This document shows, piece after piece, positions 49,484 to 59,601 of a stretch of 59,601 nt of DNA. Position numbers and translations under genes: made by a program. The notes under the pieces were generated by a model. The model did not search any database and was not told the origin of the DNA. It saw only the letters and a program-made list of their open reading frames with translations. The number at the start of each line of letters is the position of its first letter. Position 1 is the first letter of the stretch. Origin of the DNA: Bigelowiella natans CCMP2755 (Eukaryota; Protista; Cercozoa); contig ADNK01001597.1 of assembly GCA_000320545.1 (NCBI GenBank), positions 1 to 59,601 on the forward strand. Reading direction: 5' to 3'.

Positions 49484-52400
49484 TTACCGCTACTACTACT
49501 ACGACTGCTACTTTTCTGTCCACAGGCCTCTTTTCTCTCTTTTTGTGCTCTCCCCCCCCCCGTCCCCCCGCAGCTAGTCAGCCGTGACATGTCCAGACCG
49601 GTGACGGGAAAATCGACGTATGTGCGCAACTTGCCGGTGGGGAGCAGCCTTTTGAGGTGGATGATGAGGAAGCTGGGCGTGGTCCATATCTGCAGCTCTT
49701 TTGTCGCAGGCCTGTGCTCCTTGCACTTGCTACAATAAGCCATGGAACTGCCATCAAGGCTCTCTGGCTGTACAAACCGCGAAAAGCATTCCTCTAGAGA
49801 AACACCGCCCCTACTTGAAGACGATGACGAGGAGGACGGGGAGGAGGTGGAAGAGCTGTCGCCACCCCCAGCATCCTCCTTCATCTCCACGCGGTGGTTT
49901 GAGATGACAGAGGAGAGGAGGGGGGCGGATGAGTCGAGGGAACGTTCCAAGTTAACCCAATCTATCGCTATTGTAGAGAAGTTGGACAGTCTAAGAGGCC
50001 TCCTTCGTGACATCGGAAGAACACAACCGTTGCACCGCCTCACCCAAGAGCACCGCTTACACGACAGCCCGTCCTTGCTCACGGCAGAAATGCGAAATGG
50101 GAAAGGAGAGAAATCAAGGCCATCCGCGGCAAACTTGCAGGGGGGGCGGTGGAGCGTGTTAAGATGGCAGTCTTCCTTCATCTTCCCATCCAGGATAATC
50201 CCTAGCCTGTTGGCCTTGCATGGACAACTCACCAAAGCGGAAATGGGGTCCGTCTTCCTCCTGCTCCTCCTCTTCTTCGTCTGTGGATGATCAGTCTGCT
50301 GCTGCTGCTGCTGCTGCTGTTTTTGTGAGGGAATCCATCGATTGCACACGAGGGCGTAGAGGTCCAACGTCGAACAATTGCCCGGGAGAGTCATGAAGAA
50401 TGGCTCTCCGAATAGGCACGGCGATGTGGTGGATATGATCGGCCTGCTTTCCGCGCGCAGACTCGTGGTAGGCTGAAATGCCCGATGTACCCCTAAGAGC
50501 ACGATCTGGCCTGGGGGGAGGTGGTACCTTGGCAGCATGGCGGGACTCGTTTCTACTTGCTCTTCTTCTTCTCCTCCTTCTCGCTGTGTCCGTGTGCCAG
50601 TGCTTCTTCCAGGTCGCCGAGGCGGAGACATGGAGAGATACGGGCGCACCCGGCGCCTATCCTCCTCATCGTCCAGCGACAGCCATTCGTCCCACTTAGA
50701 GGGCCACCCGTCGAAATGGACCCTGAAAGACCCAGAAGGAAGGATGCTCTTCACGGTAGCGGCGAGCCAGTTCTTATCCGTATCGAGGACGTCTAACTTC
50801 CCCCCTACCCTAGCCTTGATTTGAACAGGGAGGGGGTCAGCTGTGGTGGCGCCAGATCTCCTCTCCCTCCCGGATGAAGACGATGTTGATGACGACATCT
50901 TCGAGAGCATCACGGAATTCGAATTGGAGGCAGTGCCGGGCTGGACCTCAAAGGCGACTAGTTCCCCCCGCCCATCCTCAGCCAGAGTCTCCAACAGCAC
51001 CTCCATCTCATATATGTAGCGTATGGCGTTGTCGAAGACCCTTGCAACCATCAGCTTCCATGGCGATGTTTTCAACTCATCAGCGAGCCGCTCACAAAGA
51101 GACATGACCGTGTCACGATGCGCTACTTTCAGTGTAATACGTCTACAGCGTCGCCGACATATTCGTCTTCCTCGCTGATCTTTCCCCATCAGCCCACCCT
51201 CTCCCTTCCTCTCCTCTGTATCTTCTTCGTCGCCCCCCGCCTTACGATCATCTACCCTCCGCCAATCACCAACTAACCTCAGCGTGAGGGTCAGGAGCCC
51301 GGAAAGAGGGAGGGGGAGCGAGAGCATGTTGTACGGGTCGAATTTGGTACTGACGAAGCCGCAGCAGGACAACTTGAGTGTGCTCTTGAGCTGAGCGGTG
51401 AATAGGTCCACGATGACAGACCTGTTACGCTGGAGGTGGGCCTCCCAATGCTCGCGTGAGACCTGAGCATCCGCGCGGCCGTTGGAGTCTGGGATGGCGA
51501 CGTAAGGCTTCTCCAGCACGCGATTGAGCCCCTCGTGCAAGCCGTCGAGGACAAACGCGAGAAGCTCCTGTGCGTCGTGCTGGTCGTACCCGTCAAACAT
51601 CGGGGAGAATCGAGCTATGGTGCTCTTGAAGCTGAAGGGCGTGACGACGTCGCTGTGGTAGTGGGCGCTGGCGTCGTTGGAGATGACGCCTGCCAGGGCT
51701 CCGATAACGGGTAAAGGGTTGAGACGAGACGCGTACCGGAAGAGGACTGAGGAGGAGGAGGAGGAGGAAGAAGATGAAGAATGCGACGACGACATTGATG
51801 ACCCGTCTCCGTCCCCATCTTCATCCTCCCCGCACGCAACTGCTTTATCCGATGGCAATAGCGGCAGCGCTGACGAAGTAGATGTGAGATCGTCGGCCTC
51901 TTCCCCAATCCCACGTCCCCCCCCCTCGCTGTTCAGAGCTCCGTCCCTCGTTCTTCTCTTTCTGCTCTTCGTCTTCATCATATTTCTCCTCTGCCGCCGA
52001 AGCCTTGCCGACGTGCGAGGCCACATTCTCTTGACAAGAGCGCCATAATGCAGGGCCACTTTACCTTCCATCCCGAGTGGGTTCGTGGCGTTGAGCTCCT
52101 TTCCGTACGTGTTGGACGCGAAGTAGTGGCGGAGGGGGGGCGTCCCACTGAGGGCCTGCAAGCTAGCGTTCATAAAGCACGTGTTGCCTAAGTTCCGAAG
52201 GCCGACTAGTCCACGGTCCTTATCCTTTTTTCTTTCTTCTTCTTCTTCCTCTTCCTCCTCCCCCTCTTCTACTTTCGTTCGTGCGGAGGCTGTTGGGACA
52301 TTATCGTTTCTTTTATCATTATCATCATTGTGCTTATTCTCCATTTGATTTCCCACCTCACCCTCTTTCCCCTCTTTCAGCTCTTTCCCCTCCTTCTCTC

Positions 52401-52803
52401 CCATTTCCTGTCGTAGCGCTCCTTCGATTGACTTTGCTAAGATGTCCTTCGGAGACAGCATGGTGCTGTTCGCGTTGCTTCTCCTGTGAGTCTTCTCGTC
52501 GTCCTTCCCATCCACCTTCTCATCTTTCGATTCAGGCTGTTTTTCCATCTCCCATGGCCAATCAGCAAGAAGCGGGGCCAGGTTCACCACAGCCCATTCC
52601 GAAAAGCTCTCGAAATCCAGCTCATTGCACCCCTCAGACGCCGCAGCAGTAATTGAGGAGGAGGATGACGATGATGGTGGCGATACGAATGACATCTGGT
52701 GGATGACAAGGATTATACAGTTGAAAAACGGCATTCAGTTTCAACCCACGTTGGAGTGCTGAGAAGGTCATGTAGTCTCTTCAATGATTTCAGCATAATA
52801 GAG

Positions 52804-52892
<89 letters not shown>

Positions 52893-54433
52893 AACAACTA
52901 CCATTGAATAGTGGGAAAGGAGAGATGAAAATATTTCAAAGGCATCAACTTACCCGCTGTGCCGCTTTTACGGGAATAGCACTCATGTATTCCTCCAGGG
53001 ATTTCACCATGCTTTCTGTGTCCACGAACCATTCCTTTAACTCGGACAATACGGCGCTTAAATCTGATGCTGTAGAACAAGGGGGAAGAAGAAATGAACC
53101 TCGCCGCCAAGTAAACAACATGGACGAAACGACGGGAATATTCGAAGGAAGCAGGGAAAATTCCGTCATGGGATGATGGCTACGCTGCTTCTAGCAGCAT
53201 TTTCTCTGATGCTGACCTTGAATGGTGCTCGATCGATCAGCGTCGAGAATATCGAACAACATCTTCACCCTTAGCTCCTGGTGTGCATATGGTGAAGGAC
53301 GATAATCAAATACAAGATTACATCGATGGGTCTCTCTCCCCTCCCCCCCCTTATTTTGTGCGCGTATGTGTATGAGTGTGAGTGTGTGTTTGAGCTACTA
53401 CGTTTGGGAAAGGAGTTCGAGTTTGTTTCTTAACTGTATGCACTATCAATGGGTTCAGAGGTACCACAACTTTGTTTCTTAACTGTATGCACTATCAATG
53501 GGTTCAGAGGTACCACAACTACAACCTCCATTACTACTACTACTACTACTACAACTACTACTAAAGAACTGCTACCACCACTGCTTCAACCTTGGGACCC
53601 CCTAAGAGGACAGCCATGCCAGCTAAAAACTCTTCTAATGATATCCGGCCACGCTCGCCACGATCAAATGCCTTTCAGATGAATAAACTTCAAATTCTAC
53701 GTTTTTGGTGCTTGCGACGGTAAGTGGCAAACCTGAAACATTCTTGCGGCGAGCACACTTGTTTGAGGACCCTGCAGGACTCTCTATTTTGTAACATTGC
53801 TCAAATTTACAACAGATAGCTTAAAAAGGGAGTCTCACTAACTACAAATTCGCAGCTCGAAACATGACCACACGCTCACACACACGCACATACACAAACT
53901 TATGGCAGAGAGACCTATTTAAAAATAACTTTTCATCATCACTTTTGTGCTTCTTCTACACCTACGAATGAAGACTTTCAAACTACCTCAATAAACACAT
54001 CCCTGGTCATCGAAGGTGTCGTCATCTCATCGGAGGAAGGAGCTCCAGCATCGACAGCCCCATGAAATTCACAGGACAGCCTCTCTGCATATGTCCTAAA
54101 TGAATGCGATAAGGGAGGGGCGAGTAGCAGCATAATTCCATCAGAAACCAATGCATGGCCTAATTGTAACTAGGTGAGCCAGTGGGTGTAAGGTCAAGCT
54201 CCCCCTTTTAACTCCGACGAGTGATTTTTCATTCACTGTTACACGCAAAAACACAGCTTCTACAAAAATCCTAGGACGAATTTTGCGTCTGGGGATCTGC
54301 ATGACATCATGGCAGATACTTCCAAACCCCTTCCATTCCTCCGTTCTCCCTAAAGCTCTCTAGACCTTCCTAGAATCGCTTGAGCCTCTTCGATGGAACA
54401 TAGCTTAGGGCGAGTGGATGCACTGGCTCCCAT
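48565..54433 (-). CDS. USP32: USP32-like ubiquitin-specific protease (N-terminal MG, EF-hands, split USP domain, C-terminal CaaX)
   Basis: MGASASTRPKLCSIEEA; AFDRGERGRISLEEF and FDILDADRSSTI (EF-hand-like); GLRNLGNTCFMNASLQAL, QHDAQELL, YGVVNHVGNSYGGHYYAY, WFCFDD, AYMLFY; predicted last exon ends NWCPTM*. Confidence 0.85.
53422..53520. repeat. Perfect 49-bp tandem duplication spanning an intron/exon junction of the USP gene
   Basis: tttgtttcttaactgtatgcactatcaatgggttcagaggtaccacaac occurs twice in tandem. Confidence 0.9.
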
Positions 54434-55137
54434 GTGGATGCCGTCGGCTTCCCCCTTCCCGTATTGCTCGCGCCGTTGCAAGAACGCTCCGCGTGGACAG
54501 AGGCGCAAATACTGGCTTTGGAAACCAGGTGACTAAATTAAGCTAGTCTTAATTTTATGCCCAGAATATCTAATGCCTCATAGAAATTGAATTGTGGAAA
54601 TCCGCCGGCGCATTCCTCCGTGTGTGCGATTCGACTAAACATGTGGAGATTCGTTGGTAAAATATGGGAATGAATTTTGCCCTGCATTAATGTACCGCTA
54701 TTTATGACTAAAAAAGGAATGCTTTTAATGTCGTATGGGCAGAACATACGTCGTTTTTGCTTTAGTTAAACCACCGAACCAATGAATTCGTGACTTATTA
54801 ATTCGGCGAGCCGTTGATTGGAATTTTGTAATTTGAAAAAAGAAAATGACTAGGGTTTTCATGAAACGACACAAAAGAGTTACTGGTTTTTGATTAAAAC
54901 AGAAAGTGTTCTGTTCACGTATCAACTGAAAATACTTGCATTTTCCTTCCCCGCCCCCGCCCCTCATATTGAATGTAAGTAAATCCTAGTCCTTTCCTTT
55001 CTCAAATCTTTATTCATCAAAAAATATTTGATAGTTCATATCTCAAAACGTTCCATTACGCCCCGCTCTGAAATCCTAGTTTTGTTGGTTCAGCGACTGA
55101 AGTAGTTCAAGACTCGACGATTGACAAGATAGCAAAT

Positions 55138-56858
55138 ATGGAACATGCACGAAAGCAGAGATCACCTCTTGGGGAGATAAAGGAAGAAAACATCCCCTTT
55201 GGTCAGCAACAGCAAGTGAAGCAGAAGAAGCCAATGGCCAAGGAAAATATCTCTAAGATTCGAAAGCCTACAGTCATGAAGCTCGTCGACAAATCGTCTG
55301 TGCAGGTGACTTGCATACAGGAGGATCGTCGATTTTTCTTCTAACTCTTTCATCCACCACGACAGTCCCCTTGACTCCCTCAATAATAAAATATATGCTA
55401 TAAATTTCATCCATGTCTACATGAAACTCCGAACTCCACTCGCTAACATCGTACCCCTCTCGCCATGTCACAACGCAGAACCCACTTGCGGACAGCGTTG
55501 CCCCCAATGAGAACAGCAACAGTCACGCTCCCAACTCTCAATCCGACGACGCAATGGCTGTGACCATAAAGAAGAAGCTTACGCGTAAAGAGATGCTTCT
55601 TCAGCGTAGAGCTGCCCAGGCCAAGGCTAAAGAATCCGCAGCGAATAAGCTAGCAGCCAAAAAAAACCGAAAAACATCCAAGCAGGTGTCCAAATTCTCC
55701 CTGAAGAAAACTCTAAAGCTTAATCGTCCGCCGGCTGCGGGTTTGAAGAAACTATTACAAACAAAGAATCTATCGTCTGTTGCAAACAAAAGCAGCAGGA
55801 AAGTATTGGCACCCAGCCGTTTAAAGAAGGCGAGTCCCCCGTCCGTCTCAAAGCCCCCTACTCGCTCCACGTCTTCGAAGACTACCACAACAAAAGATAA
55901 AGTACCATCGATCGGTATGAAGCAACAGCATCAGGAAAGGAGGAAGAAAGCAGGTTTTTTAGCAAAAGCACCATTACCTCTAGCTTGTGTACGTACTAAA
56001 TAGTAAAGTACTACTCTTTCTATCCCTATACAATTTCCCCTCCTTCTCATACATGCTATTCAATCTTTCGCCTCAGGCATTACTTCCCTTTTATGGAAGA
56101 AAGGTCAGAAATCTGGCCGAGAAAGTAGCTCAAGGGGAAATCTTCTTCGTGATAAGAAGAAGAAGAAGAAGCACGGCCAGCAGCAAAGTGAGCTTGCTGA
56201 GCGTGGTTTAGCATCAATCGATGGGCTTGAGAACTACATCGAGAAAATTCTCAAGAATCTGCAGGACAAGTCCGAGGAATGCTCTCAGCTGAAGCTCGAG
56301 ATGAAGGAGGTATTTTGCTTCGATGGAAGAGTGATGATGGACGTGGTGAAGTAGTGTAGGAGGAGGAGGAGGATGCCAACACGACAGCATCTGTGCGATG
56401 CCATCTGTGCGATGGAGGAGGGTTGGAAGGGGGGAGGGGGGGGGAAAGCCACTATAACGATTCATCGATGCATGCTTCTGAGCCTTGATGTTCTATTTTT
56501 AGCTGAGCAGTAATACAACGGGGTACTCTGAGAGACTCGAAGGTAGGCCATCAAGCGTTGGCGTGGTGGTTTTGATGATGATGATGATGATCTCATTCCG
56601 ATTTGTCTAATTGATAATTGCTATTTTGCTTCGATAAGTCCCTTCCTTCGTAACATAACAATTGACAAACACCTTAGCTCTCGAAAAGGAAAGGGATACG
56701 TTGCAAGAGGAACTCAATAAGGTCGATTTGGAGGGGGGGGGTTTTTTTGTTGTTGTCATAAATGGTGACGACGATGATGATGATATGATACGGATCTATC
56801 TGCTCGGCTGCAATAATCTCCCCCCCCCAAACTCCCCCGTCCCTCCCTCCCTCCCTCG

Positions 56859-56899
<41 letters not shown>

Positions 56900-57186
56900 C
56901 AGGCTCTCGCTCGCGCTTCCTCCCTCCAGAGTTCTCTCCAGGAGATCCAAGCTAAGTTTGAGATCGAAAGCGAGAAGAGTAAGTCCCTCTTGGAGGAGAA
57001 GCAGGAGTTGGTGGTGCAGAAAGAGGAGGTAGAGGCGAATGCAGGCCTCCTACAAACGAAGTGCGGTGACTTGGAAACAGAGCTCAGTGAAGCTCAGGAC
57101 GCCAACGAGTCGCTGCGATCTAGGGAGGAGGAACTCGAGGCCACGCTGCAAAGGATGAGGGAGGAGGTGTCGGCCTTCCCACTGAA

Positions 57187-57230
<44 letters not shown>

Positions 57231-57985
57231 AACCCTAATCTTTTCTCCCCGTTTTCTGCAAGGAAATGATCATAGCTTTGCCGTTTTGGTGTCATGGTAG
57301 GCGGCCGCCCAAGAGAACCTTCGTCGAATTTTGTCAGTTAGCGAGCAGAGACCGGGGAGGGGGGGGGGGGAGGGGCAATAAAACATTCAGACGAAGAACC
57401 CCCAGAGGAATATTTTGGTTGTGTACACGGTCATTCTTGTGCTAAAAAAGAGTCCATTTTTTTCCCCACAGAGGCCTCAGTCTAAACTCTGGCAGTTCTT
57501 TTTTTTTTTAAATACATTAGCGGGCGGATAAAGCCCATTTGCCCTTTGTTGTCCCCCACACTTTTAGAATTTTCAAAACCTTTTTCTTTTTTTTTTTTTT
57601 TTTTTTTTTTTTTCCCCTCCCCCCCCCCCCCCCCCCTTCTGTGGCCCTACTAATGTTGATTCGTCCGATGATGCTTTCGACTACTAGGCACAACCAAATC
57701 CAGGATCTCAAAGGAAATATCCGAGTCTTCATTAGAGTCAGGACTCCTCGAAACCAACAGCTACCTGCCACCGAGGAGCCCTCCTCCTCAACCTCCTCCT
57801 CATCATCATCATTAGCAGCAGCAGCAGCAGCAGCAGAGCAGGAGGAGCAACGTCAGTTTGTACAATACCCCGCCAACACGGACAAAAGGGGGATTGTTGT
57901 GTCGGTTCCGTCCAAGTCGGCCACAGGAGAGGAAAGAACACCCAAGAAGCATGACTTCATGTTTGACCGGTAAAAGGACCGATCA

Positions 57986-58026
<41 letters not shown>

Positions 58027-59601
58027 CTGATGATGATGTGTTTAAAAAGTTGACATTTACCACCACCACCCATTACCACCACTGCATAAACACCACCAAG
58101 ACGATGACGACGACGACGTTTTGATGATGATGATGTTCAGGATCAAAGCTATTAATCACTGCGAATTCTCGCATTTACTAACTTCCCCGTCCCTTGATTG
58201 TGGTTTTATCCCAGAGTATTCACTCCTTGTGCAGATCAAATGGCTATATTTGGAGAGGTAGTATAGGGAGGGGGGACAGCATTTAAGGGGTGCTCCTAAT
58301 TGCTACTAATGGTAGTGTCGTTAGGAATGATCTTTTGGTCTGAAATGTGCCTTATTATTATTATTATTATTATTATTGTTTGTTATTATTATTATTTTTC
58401 TCAGGTTTCTCACTTCATCCAATCAGCACTTGATGGGAAGAAGGTGATAAGCCGTATTACTCATTACTCAACACAACACTGACTCCTATTTTATTTTATG
58501 AGATTGCTACGAAATTCTAGGATAAAACGATGCCTACCCTCTCCCTCTCTAACCCTAACCCTAATCCCTCTCCCTCTCCCTCTCCCTCTCTCTTTACTTA
58601 GGTCTGTATCTTTGCATACGGGCAAACTGGAAGTGGAAAGACTTACACACGTCAGAACTGAACAACATCATCATCATCATCACCCGCAACAGAAAAGAAC
58701 GAAATCATGGAATGTGCTCGCTTCTACATTTAAGGAGGGGGGGGGGGGATGCTGAACGGAGCCATGATCGTTTATCATTTCCCTTACGACTCGATCCAAA
58801 ACATTGTGGCCCTTTGAAGATATTTCTGATTTTGACTCATTTCCTTCCTATCCTGCCCTTCACGCACGTGTATGTGTACAGTCCAAGGCCCGAGCGTGAA
58901 TCCGGCAGATACGCAAAGGTAATTATTATGCTCTGTGCATATAAAACAGTAGTACCGCTACCTTGTGTCTCAGCGGTCGTGTATGCACGCACAATTGTAA
59001 CAATGTGCGTGTTTTTGAGTAATTTATCACAATTCAGAGGAATCACCCCCAGAGCAGTAGAAGCTATCTTTTCGCAAGCAGAGAAGCTTAAAATGAAGGG
59101 ATGGACGTACAAGTTTAAGGTGAAATAGCCACGGTGCTCAGCAGCGAATAACTATGCTTCTGATCTCCTTGGGCATGCTCTGGAGATTGGTTTTTTCTTT
59201 GGATGGAAGTTTTTGCATGTATATTATGTAGAAACATGTGCATATACTCCCTAAATCTTCTTTATATTTGACACCCTATCACCATTGTTTCCTTGTTATT
59301 GATATAATGCTCTGATAATTGCTGCCGATGTCACCCTTGCTTGCCGCTGCTACTGCTGCTAATATGGCCCTCATCGTACATCTCTGTAGATATCCGTCTT
59401 GGAGGTCTACAACGAGCGTATTCGTGACCTTCTTCCCCAGCAGAACAAAGGCTCAAATTCTTCTGTCGATGCTGCCGTTCTGATGCCGCCACCACCACCA
59501 GCAGCAGCAGCAGCCTCCTCCTCCTCCTCCTCCTCCTCCTCCTCCTCCTCATCTCCAGAGAACAATAATGGCAAACAGTCAGTCCCAACTCCTTCCCCAA
59601 A
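55138..59601 (+). CDS. Kinesin-14 (C-terminal motor, KIFC1/Ncd/Kar3-type); runs off the right edge
   Basis: Basic tail, coiled-coil exons, neck HNQIQDLKGNIRVFIRVR, FMFDR|VF, IQSALDG, CIFAYGQTGSGKTYT, GITPRAV, LEVYNERIRDLL. Confidence 0.93.

Noticed and set aside
58545-58572. Telomere-like CCCTAA repeats
   Set aside because: Only about 2-3 units inside a low-complexity intron; not a telomere.

Overview
Intron-rich eukaryotic nuclear DNA with many microsatellites. It comes from an alga with a secondary plastid, because several plastid proteins begin with signal-peptide-like leaders; a chlorarachniophyte is my inference. Recognisable genes: glycerol-3-phosphate dehydrogenase and DGDG synthase (head-to-head), an SH3b/zinc-finger/LRR/bromodomain-like protein, GPN2, chlM, lumenal FKBP19, msrB and msrA (head-to-head), a secreted PHB depolymerase, a USP32-like deubiquitinase and a kinesin-14. 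Mobile DNA: one young Ty3/Gypsy element (identical LTRs, 4-bp TSD), a decayed internally deleted relative, and LINE 3' fragments. The main signal is that old repeat and intergenic islands have lost almost every TpA dinucleotide except in CTAG. The two LTRs of the decayed element and comparison with the young element indicate TA->TG/CA changes on both strands after integration. This looks like a reverse-RIP, adenine-directed repeat hypermutation process. The young element's Pol also ends in a divergent N6-adenine-methyltransferase-like domain. All counts and alignments were done by eye, and exon boundaries are approximate.
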